Source: Octopus vulgaris (lineage: Eukaryota). From it: a DNA stretch of 64,000 nucleotides. Below the pieces are notes generated by a model. The model worked only from the letters and a program-made list of their open reading frames with translations. It ran no database searches and had not been told where the DNA came from. The stretch lies in assembly GCA_951406725.2 (NCBI GenBank), contig OX597815.1, forward strand, positions 170,128,001 through 170,192,000. Reading direction: 5' to 3'. Of the stretch, positions 13,560-26,674 are shown in pieces (the first letter of the stretch is position 1; each line of letters starts with the position of its first letter). The translations under genes and the position numbers were made by a program.

Positions 13560-14727
13560 CTGGAAGAAACATCACACAAAAACAACAACAAGAATGTTCA
13601 ATGTTCAATCCATTCTGTGAATTCAACACTTTTGACTGTTACTTAGTCGAGTCCAGACAGAAGAAGCGAAAACTTTACTTCGATGGAATATGAACTTATA
13701 ACATAAAGAACAGGAACAAAGCCACAAAGCATTCGATCCAACACCTCTAAAGACTCGGCTTGTTGGCCACCTGCTAATCATAATTTTTAATTTTGGTAAA
13801 AGGCCAGTAATTTTGCGGAGAGTTGTTAGTTGATAACATCGCCTTCAGTACTAAAATGGTGCTTTGTTTTATCGATCCCAAGGGATAAAAGGCAAATTTG
13901 ACCTCTGCAGGATTCAAACTCAAAACGCAAAGACCCAGAAGCTGCCTGGTTATAATAGTTACAAAAATAAACAACGCTTTACGTGATTCTCCGTTCATGT
14001 GTATCGTTCACTTTATTACGTTTTACATGAAAAACAAAGTTGTTTTGCCGAAGCACGCACACAGATACACTCACATGTATGTATGCGTGTGTACACACGT
14101 GGCTCTTAACGTAATGTGCCTTAGGCTACTTACATTAAAATGTTTATTTTTATGAGTTATACCTTTGGGGTATTGGCTGATATTTAAAATCAGCATTGGA
14201 CGCTAACAAAATAATAATCAATTACACAATGATGCAGCAGTGTTGAAATCCTTCCCATGCATCAGCTCTCTAAATGTCACCTTGGTCATTTATAGAGTTG
14301 ACTCGGTATATAGTTTTAAGCGTATTAACTAGAGATTCAATACCGAGATGAATGCAAAGAGACCGTCTACACTACACAGTTATCAGTCGATGGACACTAT
14401 CGACAGAACTGGAAATTCAGCTTTGTATGCATGATAAATTCGATAAAATGAATTAAAGACGCTTTTGTATACTTTTATGTATTTTATTACGATGGTTAAT
14501 AGTAAGAATATAGAAAAGGAAATATCAATATATACTTTCATTATATTTCTCATATTCAGGTATAGGAAAATCATATTACAATGAGAAGCACTGATGTTTT
14601 TTCATCTTTAATTTGCAACAAATACTCAGAATATAAGTGTTATTTTGCGTTGTTGAAACTTGTAAATTGCGTGATATATTTCTCTCAACTGTTTGTATTT
14701 GAATAACAAAAAAAAAAAAAACAACTT

Positions 14728-14758
<31 letters not shown>

Positions 14759-15087
14759 CTTTTTATTTTGTCCATTCATAACAATTACTGCTCCGAAGAG
14801 ATTTTCATGGTAGCTCCTAACGTTTAAAGATTCCAGAATTCCCCTTTTCAGCGTTTGTCGTTTTTATTATTGCAAGACATGAAAGTATGTATATATTGTT
14901 GATCTAATGCTTTCATTCTTTCATTCTTATCCTTTTAAGTATACATCAAGAAACGTTTTGTTGCTCGAGTAACCGTTGTCGAAAATAATAACATCAGTAC
15001 TGGAAACACTGAAGATCATAATGATAATATTGATGATAACGGTGACGATAGCAATAATAATAATAAAAGTAATAATTTCTTATCTGA

Positions 15088-15123
<36 letters not shown>

Positions 15124-15133
15124 TATTATAATA

Positions 15134-15164
<31 letters not shown>

Positions 15165-15200
15165 CGACAACAACAGCAACAATAATAATGATGATAATAG

Positions 15201-16270
15201 TCAAAACTCAGTACAAGGGACATTGTGACTGCCATCAACATATGGGTTGTTGCTGTAATTTGCTATAGTGCACCCATTCTGAAATGGACACGAAGCGGAA
15301 ATTGACCAACTCGATTGCACTACCCGAAATACGATGATATTCCAAGGTGACTTCCGCCCTAAGGGGAACGTACAGAGGCTGTACATGATGAAGGGTAAAG
15401 GCTGACAAGGCCTGGTAATCACACGGGAATGCATCAGAACTGAAAGCGAAACTTGACAGAGGATTTTTGTAAATAGTGAACATGACCTGCTACAGTATAC
15501 TGCCAATGCAGACAGATTTACCGTCGATAGAGTTGTGAGTGCTAACGAATTCCGATCACGAATAGCCAACAACAGAGAATAAACCCTATTCTGCATGGGA
15601 TTACAACCTGAGGGATGAGCAAGTGTCTCCGATGTGCCGCATCTACAATAGAGTGAATGAAACCATTACTCATAGCATGAACGAATGCCCTAAACTTGTC
15701 CCAAATTACTACAAGTGGTGGCGACAGGTCTAAGTAGCGAAACGTGAGGGCTAGAGAGAGGCAAGACATGGTATGAGCACAAACCGCAGAGAGTGACAGA
15801 ATCGGAGACTAGCAAAATCCTCTGGAATTTCCCAATCCAAACAGATTAGATGCTAGAGCATAACAGGCCGGACCTACTAGTGGTGGACAATGTGCACCAA
15901 ATATGCTATATAATTGATTTTGCATGCCCCTTTGACACACACGAATAGTCAAAAAGGAAGACGGAAAGATAGATACCAGGCTCTTAAGTACGAAATAGCC
16001 CGGCTATGGAAAATGAAGAAGGTGAAGATAGTGCTAATTATTGTTGGGTCTTTGGGAACAGTATCAGAAGGCATCGAAAGGAATATAAAGGAAATTGGAA
16101 TCGAGTGCCCAGTGTTACGAAAGGTTTGCGTCAGTGGCACGGCCAGAATAATCAGGAAAGTATTAGATAGTTGAAACGAACGAGTAGCATGGTACGATAG
16201 GCTGCAGGTAGTAAGGCCACCACGGATACAAGACTCCAGGAGCTCCAATAAAACTTGTGATAAAGAGAAA
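15201..16270 (+). mobile_element. Dong/R4-clade RLE non-LTR retrotransposon, 5'-truncated and decayed (copy 1)
   Basis: KLSTRDIVTAINIW (RT thumb), CLRC zinc knuckle, WYEHKP..KILWNFPIQTD..HNRPDLLVVD..IIDFACP and KYEIARLW..IIVGSLG..GTARIIRKVL*. Frameshifts and stops; flanked by (AAT)n. Confidence 0.88.
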
Positions 16271-16303
16271 ATGATAATAATAATTATGATAATAATAATA
16301 ATA

Positions 16304-16371
<68 letters not shown>

Positions 16372-16374
16372 CAT
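16270..16374. repeat. (AAT)n switching to (ATT)n array; further (ATT)n at 16590-16650 and 17452-17540
   Basis: Direct reading; the polarity switch lies between two tail-to-tail LINEs. Confidence 0.95.
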
Positions 16375-16586
16375 TCAGTAGTTTTATTTTTATAACGTGC
16401 TTTCACTTCACTACCGAGCGCAGCTCTGTGTGCCTTGGGTATGTGTTGTGATTTGTTGTGATGCTCTGATGGTTACTGTATTGAAAGTGTTCTGCGTAGG
16501 ATGTGGGCAGTGCCTAGTAGTGCAATTTTCTGTATATTATATGTGTTTGTAAGTCCTGGTATTTTTGTTAAGTATTTGTCTGAATA

Positions 16587-16592
<6 letters not shown>
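16375..16592 (-). mobile_element. Dong/R4-clade LINE, short 3' fragment (copy 2)
   Basis: Minus strand YSDKYLTKIPGLTNTYNIQKIALLGTAHILRRTLSIQ* plus 3' UTR ending in (AAT)n. Confidence 0.85.
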
Positions 16593-16642
<50 letters not shown>

Positions 16643-16649
16643 GTTATTA

Positions 16650-17451
16650 CTTTTTTTTTCTTCTTTCAAATTTGCTTCCATTTCTTGCCGAGTGTCTTCC
16701 CGACTCCTAGGGCAAAGAAACTCATACTATACATTGGTAGGCCATTAAACCAAACTCAGTAGTTCGTTCATTTTTTTTTTTTTTTTTTTAAAGTTAAATT
16801 TAAATACATGAGCAGCAACAGTTCTCACATCGACAATGCTCTTCTCAATACGTGTGATGTACCAGTTAAGACAATCTTTTGCACTTCTTGCAGGGATGGT
16901 AAGCCAGGGATCATTCTCATATAATTTTCGGTTCCCTTCTTGATCATTCCTAGTGCTCCTACGACCACTGGTATTGTAACCGCCTTGAGATGCCACATTT
17001 TCTCAATTTCAATGAGTAGGTCTTTATATTTTCTGAGCTTGTCAAACTCTTTCGCTGAGATATTATGATCACAGGGGATGCTGATGTCGATCAATAAGCA
17101 AACTTTATTGTTTTGGTCTTTCACAACAATATCTGGTTTATTGGCCTTGATGGTTCGGTCTGTATGTACTGGAAAGTCCCACAGAATGGTTACATTTTCT
17201 CCTTCAGTTACAGCCTCGGGGTGGTGATTATACCACTTGTCGGCAGTTTTGATATTGTAATGCCGACTTATTAGCCAGTGGAGATATTGGCCCACTCTGT
17301 CATGTCTTAATTTATACTCCACTGGTGCTAAGACTTTACATCCAGAGATTAGGTGGTCCACTGTTTCAATCATGTCGTTGCAGAATCGGCATTTTGGGTC
17401 TGCTCCATTTTTCATCACATTGGCCTGGTAGTTCCGGGTTAATAGGCTTTG

Positions 17452-17452
<1 letters not shown>
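16650..17452 (-). mobile_element. Dong/R4-clade LINE, 5'-truncated with intact CCHC plus restriction-like endonuclease frame (copy 3)
   Basis: CRFC..ETVDHLISGC, RHDRV, ILWDFPVHTD..NKPDIVV..LLIDISIP..KLRKYKDL..IPVVVGALG; stop at 16825; both ends lie in (AAT)n. Confidence 0.95.
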
Positions 17453-17524
<72 letters not shown>

Positions 17525-18149
17525 GTATTATTATTATTATTCCTCGCTGGTTTGGTGATCTGAAACCATATAGTAAGTTTTGTAACGTTTATAATTACTG
17601 CGTTCAGAACTTTCTCGTCTCTGTAAGAAATCAATTCTATTAAGCTAGAAGCATTGTTTTCCACTTAGCTGCTTCCGTTTCAAAAGAAATCGAAAATTTT
17701 ACAGACTGTGATTTTATTTACATTTCTAGATAGTATGTTTAATTTAATTAATTTACTCTATTCAAGAACATTGACAGTAAGACCATAAAGGGACTATTTT
17801 TAAAACTCTGTCTTAAGTTCACATCAGATTCAAATGATGCTTGAAACGGTTCAGAAACAGAATACAGAAGATCGCTAATATTTTATGCATTGTGTCAAGG
17901 GAACGTAACAAATATAAACAAAGAATCTGTCCCATCTTTCTCTCATATAAGCCATTGAAATGGTGGCGCTAGACGTAACTTATTTTGCCATTTGACTACT
18001 GTATTATCTCAACGAATATATCAGGCAACTATAAACTAATTTCAAAATTAAATTACTTATCTCATTCTACAGTTTGATCGTTCATATAATTTGTATCACT
18101 AGTTAACAACCGATCTCGATGCAATCGCGTAAACTAGCGAGTATTCTCA

Positions 18150-18450
18150 ATATAACATTCTGGATATTTGACACCGTCACACTTTTTATGCCGAGCCTTT
18201 CAAGGAATGATCACAAGTCCAAAACGGTTTATGGACACATTCTACGCATCTCTGTTAATGTTGCTAAACACTGAGTAGTGTCTTCTGTTCACTGTTATGA
18301 TGCTGAATACCAGAGTATGTAAGATTTAATATTCTGGAGACCTCCGTACAGGAGGAAGGCTACTTACCTACACTGAAGTTATTGGCAGAGGTAGAGACAT
18401 TTAACGTGAAAGTGGAGGCCGATCACGGATTGTCGGAGTGAGGGAGGACA
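18150..18450 (+). mobile_element. Decayed RTE-like LINE 3' fragment
   Basis: VYGHILRISVNVAKH*VVSSVHCYDAEYQSM*DLIFWRP then GRLLTYTEVIGR, resembling the RTE GHCxR..SDxxLWxP..GRPxLTY motif. Confidence 0.5.
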
Positions 18451-19316
18451 GACGTTTCTGACGCGGCATAGTAAAACACGTCTTCGTTTCGGTCGCTTGA
18501 AGATGACGAAAAGGAAGTAGATAAAGAAGAAGAGGAAAACGAAGATGGAAGAGGAAGAGGCGAAGAAGAAGGAGAAGAAGAGCAGGAAGATGATAATGAA
18601 GTGTCAGTTATGTAGTTTCATGTGAGTGTGTGTGAGAGAGAGATTGAGTGAGAGAAAGAGAGAAAGAGAAAAAGAGAAAGAGAAAGAGAGAGAGAGAGAG
18701 AAAGGGAGAGACAGACTGAAGAAAGTCAGAGGGCTAAGTGGATAAGTGCGCGATCATATCACGATAAGCAGATAACAGCATCAACTATAACGACAAGGCT
18801 TTTGGCTGGTAAGTTGGGGGAAACGAAGCTTATTTTCTGTTTTTCTACTACAAATTTATGAAAAGTGGTTTTTATTAAAATTTCAGAGTTCTGACAGCAA
18901 TAAAATTAGTGCAACTTTTCAGTTGTCATTTTTTTTTTGCCATGACCTACCGTATAGTACAACGCTTTCAGAAAAGTACCATCAAGTGCAATCGCTATTT
19001 TTATTGCACAATTGATCATTTTACTCTACTAAGCAGCCGATACCATTATAATTTCTTAATAAGAAGAAAAGTAGCGTCCTGCATCAATCATCTTAGTTAT
19101 TAATTAAGTTAGAAATTCAGCGAGAGCGTTGCTTTATCGAAAGGTTTTCACTGGTTTTCAAGTGACCTTTCATTTACACAGAAACCTCTTAAATCAAAGC
19201 TAATTGATCGACGCCAAGATTATGTCAATAATCTATTATGTACATTAAAAGGGTCTCTCTTCATTTTCATTAACAACAAATGATAGCTATATATATATAT
19301 ATATATACATATGATA

Positions 19317-19354
<38 letters not shown>

Positions 19355-19433
19355 CATATGAGGGAAAATGAAAGACGGAAGATGGAATATACGAGAGTTT
19401 ATAATATATACATGCATATAATATATATATATA

Positions 19434-19514
<81 letters not shown>

Positions 19515-19652
19515 GAGGGTGTGTGTGCGTGCGTGTATGTGCGTCTGTATGTGTGTTCGTATGTGAGGGTTTATGTTCTTGTGTGCCTATGCAAAGGAAT
19601 ATTATTCAGACATATATATATTCATATACATATACATATGCATATATATATA

Positions 19653-19697
<45 letters not shown>

Positions 19698-19927
19698 CAT
19701 ATATATATATATGCATATATATATGCATATATATGCATATATATATATATATGCATATATATATATGCATATATATGTATGTATATATGTATACATATGG
19801 ATATATATATATGTATACATATGGATATATATATATATATATTAATATATGTATTTATGTATATATACATACATATATGTACATATACATAAGTATATAT
19901 ATATATGTATATATATATGTATGTATG

Positions 19928-19958
<31 letters not shown>

Positions 19959-20029
19959 TATGTACCTCCCTACCTACCTATCTTTATCTATAGATACATA
20001 TATATGAGTAGATATGCACGTCCTCGAAT

Positions 20030-20078
<49 letters not shown>

Positions 20079-21382
20079 AGTACTATGTTATTCTGATTGG
20101 AATTGCATTTGGAGATCAGAAATACTTAACATTTTGTATTGAGGAGTTGCGATAAGATTGATTGGACCGGGGTACTGTTTGACCTAATAAATAATTCAAA
20201 GAGAATGGAGGAGAAGGAGTAAGAGGAGGAAAACGAGAAACGAAATTTATATAAGTATGAAGAGAGAAACAGTGAGTTTATACAAAGGAAAGAAAATGTG
20301 TATATGTTCTGTTTGTTGGATCGATATAACTTCATATGAGATTGCGAGGAAAAAGATAGGTAGCCAGCAGGACAAAGTGTGAGATACATAGATAGACAGA
20401 CATATATATAGATAGATAGATCTCTCTTTCTTTATCTATGATAAAGAGAAAGAAAGGAATAGCGGGAGAAAGATGGAGAGAAAGGGGGCAAATAGATTGA
20501 GTGAGAGAAGGAATACAAAGAGGAATTTTATTATTTTGTTATTCCATTTCTTGAACTAAATAGCTTTCTGCCCTAACGAATCTTTTCAAACGTTTTTTGC
20601 ATATCAGAAATTAACAAAAAAAAAAAGAAAAATCATAATCATCAATCGATATTCAGTGTTTCTGATTTTATGTCAGAAGGTATTGTAGTTTCCAGTATTA
20701 AAGAAAAGCCATATGAGGCATCGACATCAGAGTAATCAGTACATACCCGCAATCGTTTTATTTCCATTAAAACAAGAAGGCATTGAGGCAAGCGTCAGTG
20801 AAAGAACACAGAAAATCTCTGTATATATGTGCAAGCATATATACATACAAAAATAATATATAGCTGTTTCTGTATGAAATAATAGACTATTTGTGTTCTC
20901 ATACATAGAAGAAAACATTAGATTTTAAATATGAAGCATAAGAAATATGTAGAAGGTCTTTTTATTTTTCAATATTGCTGCATACATCAGTAAACACGTA
21001 TCACAATTGCAATCAGAAACAACAGATCAAAACGTGTTAGATATAAACTTGAATGTTTTCGCAGACGGGCATTCCAGCATAAATCAAATAAGTCATTCAC
21101 TCCCGATCACATTAAGGATGAAGGCATCGATGTTTAGTTAGACCCCCTATCATCTGGCTCCAGTTTTGATTTCATTTCACTGTATCCTCTATCTCCTGCT
21201 AAAGGCTCAGTTAGACAAATTCAATGCCTTCTGAGCGTGAACCAATCTCTGTGTCTCAGTATATGTGTGTGTGTGTGTATATATAAACTTAGATAACTTA
21301 GATATGTTTCGACCAAAGATTGGTCCAGGCCATGTCTAACTTAATAGCACCACCTGATAGGATTATTTGAATCCTGTTTAAG

Positions 21383-23524
21383 TCAAGTTTTGTTTATGGT
21401 CCATTCAAGTAGTGAGTTTTTGTTGGGGGAGTTGTATCCAATTATGGGTGGTTTATCTGGTTTTCTTTGAAGGAATCTATCCAGACTCCGTTGAAAGTTG
21501 ATGGGATCCTTTTCCTCTTTGATCTCTTTCGGGACAATGTTAAATAGGGCAGGGCCTGTTGAGGAAAATAAAACATGTTGCAGTGTACATGTATGCTGTG
21601 ATCTTGAATTGGACAGGGGACGTATGGCCCGTGGTCCCAGTCTTGGATGAACCTTGAAGCTAATGTTCAGGTCGTTTGGGCAAAGTTGGCGGTATATTCT
21701 CCACATCGTACAAATGATGTACCGCTCACGGCGACGCTGGAGAGAGTAGAGTTTCAAGGCTTTAAGGCGATCCCAATAATTGAGAGCAGCCATACCTTCA
21801 ATTCGTTTAGTGAGTGCCCTCTGGGGTGATTCAATCCTCGAGATATTTTGTCTTGTATGGGGAGACCACAGGGGGCAGCAGTATTCGAGGTGTGACCGTA
21901 CAAAGGAGGAGAAAAGTGACACCTTGTTCTCTGGACCGGAAAGTTCTTAAGATCCAGGAGCTCATCCTACGAGCTATATCAACCTCCTTGTTGATGTGTG
22001 CACTCCAACTGAGATCGTCATCAACAATTACACCCAGGTCTCTGATATTGTTAGAGGCTGTGAGCGGTTCCCCTGAAGGAAGAGTGTATGGCTGTTTTAG
22101 TGAGGAATTTCTTCCAAAATGCATCAGCTCAAATTTTCCCTCGTTCAGTTGCGTTTTGTTTCTGTCCGCCCATTGACTCACAGCATATAGATCAGACTGG
22201 AGTTGAGTTCGGTCTGTTTCTTCATTGACGATTTGTTGGAGCTTAGTGTCATCAGCAAATATTTTCACTTTGCAGTAATGTACGACACTGGAAAGGTCGT
22301 TTATGTAAATTATGAAGAGTAGCGGACCCAAGACAGTCCCCTGGGGGACAACGCTGGTGACTTTTGCTGGGCTTGAGTGGACTCCATCAACTACAACATG
22401 TTGTGTTCTATTCGCCAGGAAATACTTAATCCAGTGTAGAACTTTTCCACGGATTCCAACATTTGCCAATTTTGAGAGTAGGATATTATGGTCTACCCCG
22501 TCGAACGCTTTACTGAAGTCAAGATATATGACATCAGAGTTCGAACCTGTTCCCAAGGCTTTGAGTATATCTTCAATGTGGTGTAAGAGCTGTGTTAGAC
22601 AGTCCCTGCCACAGCGAAAGCCATGCTGATTTGCATTTAGGAGTTTGTGGGTCTCCAGGAAGTCAGCTATCCCTGATCTTAACACTCTTTCAAACACTTT
22701 AATGATGTGGGAGGTGAGTGAGATTGGGCGATAGTTGAGTGCGAGGGATCTGTTTCCCTGTTTGAAAACCGGGATGACTAACTGGGATAGAAACTGTTTC
22801 GGTATATAACCTGCGTCCTACGAATTTCTCTAGAGGTTGGTCAGAGGGACTGCAAGTTGGTGTCTACATTCCTTCAGGAGACTAGCGGGGAATCTATCAG
22901 GGCCTACAGCAGAGTAGTATTTGACCTCATTTATTGCTGCTATGATGTCAGTGACAGTGAATGTTATGTCTGAGATTTTATGTTGGGAGTCAACTTCGTT
23001 CGCTTCTCTTACGTCAATATCAGTGGGAACACTGAAGACAGAGCAGTATTGTTTCTGCAGTATTTCTGCCATTTCTTTAGCATCGTGTTGGGGAATGCCG
23101 TTATCATCAATCAATGGCCCAATGGGTGAGACAGCACTTTAGAGGTGCTTGGGGAGGCCTGTAAAGACCAACATTGATTATGTCCTTGGCCTAGCTTAAT
23201 AGTGATACAGATTCACAATAGCCATTGGAAAATATGTCCTTGGCATCAAGTGAAAAGGAGTCATGGATAAAGATGGCTGTCCCTCCCTTATTTCGGTCTG
23301 TGCGATCCTCACGAACAATGGTGAAATCTTTTATTTTCACCTCAGCGTCCATATGGGTGTTGTTCAGGTGAGTCTCGGTAAGGATAAAGAAAGGGAAGCA
23401 AAGTGCCGTTTCGGCAAGCCAACTCTCTATATATAGGATCTTCCATTTCTGGGCAATAATTGATGAGTTGATGCCACGTACATTTAACAGGAATTTCGAG
23501 GTAAGGGAAGTTTGATGTTTGCAT
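21383..23524 (-). pseudogene. LINE ORF2 (APE N-terminus plus reverse transcriptase), disrupted
   Basis: ILTETHL..REDR..KGGTAIF..GLYRPP (APE), then a jump near 23140; NYRPISLTSH, YLDFSKAFD, VPQGTVLGPLLF, FADDTKL, RSHLEYC, LYSLQRRRER; frameshifts and stops. Confidence 0.93.
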
Positions 23525-23549
23525 TGTTCTAAGTTAAGTTTTATGTTGT

Positions 23550-24754
23550 TCAGTGGTAATAATGTGGGTAGTTCTTGTATGGAGCTGTGTGTGTATGATT
23601 TTCTTGTTGGTAGTGGGTGTGTGGTCCTTGTGATCTGCCAAGGTGGTTGCTGATAGCTCGTTGGATCTCCTGGCTTAGGTCGGCCTTCATATTTTCTAGG
23701 TAAGTCAGAAAAAAAGAGTTACCTCTTTGATTTGCCACTTGGTCAGAGGATACATAATTCATGTTGGTGTTATGGTTTTTTCATGGTTCTGTCTACGTTG
23801 TTTGATTGTAGGAGGAGAAACGTGGTTGTATTTTGTTTTTGTTGTTGTCGTAGATCTCCTCTGTTGCTGTTTATATTTATTTTGCGATCGTTTTGTGCCC
23901 TTCAGATGGTGGTGGTTGCATTCTGGGTTCAGGCACATCCTTAGTGACACAGAAGTTTGGCACAGTTTAGGATGGAAGAAGGTGCATCCATTGCCTTTTG
24001 TGCATCCATATTTGGGATCAGGACCATGGACTCTGTATTTAGGACAGTATTTGGGGTGGAGGTGAGGGCATTTTTTTCCCGTTATACCATATGGACAGGT
24101 GCCCTTAACAAGTCTACGACATAAGGTAGTATGGAAAAAAGCACAGCGTCCCTTGTTGTTGGTGCCGCTGGGGCCAAATCTACAGTTGCCTTGAGAATAG
24201 TAACGGCAGGGTGTTTTATGTGAGTGTAGTAGTGGTTTTTCTATTCTGGCTGTAGTAGCAGTAGCAGAGTGTTGTTATTGTTGTTGTTGTTGCTGTAGAA
24301 GCAGTGAAACTTGACTTGCAACAGTAGGGCTGGGTGGAATCGGGTCAGGTACTGGTTCCAATGTGGTAGCAGAAGCAGGCTGTTGTGATAGTGAGTTCTG
24401 GCTTGCCAAGGTAGTGTTGGGTGGAATGGGCGGAATTAGGTCAGATGTTTGTTGCTGGCTATCGGGTCATTGAAGTGACCCCTGACCTGTTGGGGTTGGG
24501 TCGTTTGGTGCACTACATTCATTGACAAGGATGGCTTCTAGTGTTGCCATGTGCGTGTGGAAAATAGGAAATGTTCTTACAATCTCTTTAATTTTATTTT
24601 CGATCTGTTTTACAGATCTGTGAAAGGATTGTTTTGCTAATTTTTCAGCTATTTTACTGTAAACATTAGCTTCGTTGTGGTGAGTGCACCAAGCGTTTAT
24701 TAGTGCAGTGATTTCATATTCAACCCAGTGGCGTTTTTGAATATTATTGGCCAT
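23550..24754 (-). pseudogene. LINE ORF1: Myb/SANT-like N-terminus, P/Q/S/T linker and four CCCH zinc fingers
   Basis: One frame from ATG 24754 with in-frame stops at 24467 and in a CAA run near 24276, plus a frameshift near 23760. Fingers: CRYYSQGNC..CAFFH, CRRLVKGTC..CPHLH, CPKY..GCTKGNGCTFFH, CQTS..CLNPECNHHH. Confidence 0.85.
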
Positions 24755-25261
24755 ATTCAGTGGGACAGTATTATACACTGTACGTCAGTTATTGATGGCT
24801 TGATGTATAATAGTGAATACACCGTTGAAAAGTTTGAGTCGATATATTCGGAAATGCGTGGCTATATCTGAGTGTGTGTGGGAGAGTTCAGTGTATTTAG
24901 TACAAATCAGGATGAGCGGTGTGTTTAATACAGATCAAGAAAAAAGAATTGTACTGACGGGACTAGTTTTAGAACTAGTCTTGGGTTTAGTTTTGGTTTA
25001 TATTTCTTTCTCCAGGTTGTATATAGATTTGTATAAATTTATACTCCGATGGTAGTAAAAGAGTAGAATAGTAGAATTGTAGAATTCAAAAGTTCTGGGA
25101 CTAAAAACAAGGAGAGTTTCTGCTGGCTTGAGTTGAAATATGCTTCTTTGGCTACTGACTTGACGGGAACTATGAAAAGTACGTCTTCAGTCGATGAAAG
25201 ACAGATCCTTTATTTATAAATACACACATAAATACATGCATACATACGTACATGCATGCAT

Positions 25262-25385
<124 letters not shown>

Positions 25386-26674
25386 ACATATTTATGCATA
25401 CACATGTTACATATTTTAAGGGATAAGAAAAATCTAGGCGGTCACCGCAGTAGCACTTCTTGTAGGATACTGGCTACCATAGTGTTCGAGCAGCGGTGTA
25501 AATGTTTCACCAATTAATTAAAGAAAAAATGATTGGTTATATGTAGGTCAATTATTAAAGGGACACTTCACCAATCCAAAGCATGTATATTAAACATATA
25601 TGCTACGATGCTCAGAGAGTCAATAACATTATTTCAATTGAGGAAAAGAAAATTACACACACACACACGCATGCACGCGCGCACACTCCCATACGTGCAT
25701 ACATTCTTATATAAGTGTGCGCGGGTGTATATATATATAAATGGATGAATGAATTATCCTTTGTTTACAGTTAACACGGAAAATTCAATAAACACTTACC
25801 AGGGTAGCAAAATTCACGCAAGTAACAAGGATGTAGCGACCTATTCAGAAACTCCGTGTTAATGTGCAGTAACTTGTATAGTATAAGTAAATAAATAGAA
25901 TTGAACGCAGATGTTATTCATATGCATATATGAAAATGTTATTCATATAACATATATGTTATTCATATGCATATATGAAAATGTTTACTAGCCCAATGCT
26001 TTATTAGCTCTGTCTTGCTTTCAATCTGTTATTTCTCGATATCCCTTTGTCTAAATGTGTGGGAGAACCAAGAGGGTTTTAGATGGTTGTGTAACCTCCT
26101 TGTAACTACGCTCCCATCTAAAACAATTAGCTAACGCATGTTCACAGTAACAAGTCACATTCGCTTGTGTGGTTCATAAAGACATGCATATATCATCCTT
26201 TTGCCCGACATATTTTAACTGTTCAACGCAATATGCAAATGAATATATACATTACATTTGGAACAGGATATAAATAAATGGATTAACCTTATTTTCTTAT
26301 ACAGGCGGAATATAAATAATTGGATTAATCTTATGTCTTACACTGGCCAGAAGGATAATAAGGAATGGAATGAATTCAGTTGGTAATCATATAAGCTTCC
26401 ATTCCACGTCGGATGATTTTCACATCTATTCAGCTTCAGATGACACGAATATATCTGAGAACAAATTTTTTTTTTTTATCTAAGCAATAACATTCAAGCA
26501 TCGAGGTTTTTTTCCAGCTACAGCAGACATGAATTCATTCTTTCTTTATGGTTTCTTTGTCGAGAAAAGGTGATCCCCTTTTCGAAGTGCCAGATAAGTC
26601 TAAACCAAATATATTAATTTTAATACGTGCACCAGTTGTTGTTTCGCGGTCGTACCATTCTTTGTAGTATCTCT

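Larger units (their letters stand above)
21285..25190 (-). mobile_element. CR1/L2-group LINE spanning 5' UTR to 3' tail, internally deleted and inactivated
   Basis: ORF1, APE remnant and RT are collinear. The 3' end has the hairpin GACCAATCTTTGGTC followed by ATCTAAGT repeats. Confidence 0.92.

Noticed and set aside
17453-17664. N-terminal part of the 279-aa ORF including poly-Asn
   Set aside because: Read-through of the (AAT)n target and flank upstream of a 5'-truncated LINE.
21300-21335. GGTCGAAAC hairpin as a hammerhead
   Set aside because: No CUGANGA box; it is the LINE 3'-terminal stem-loop.
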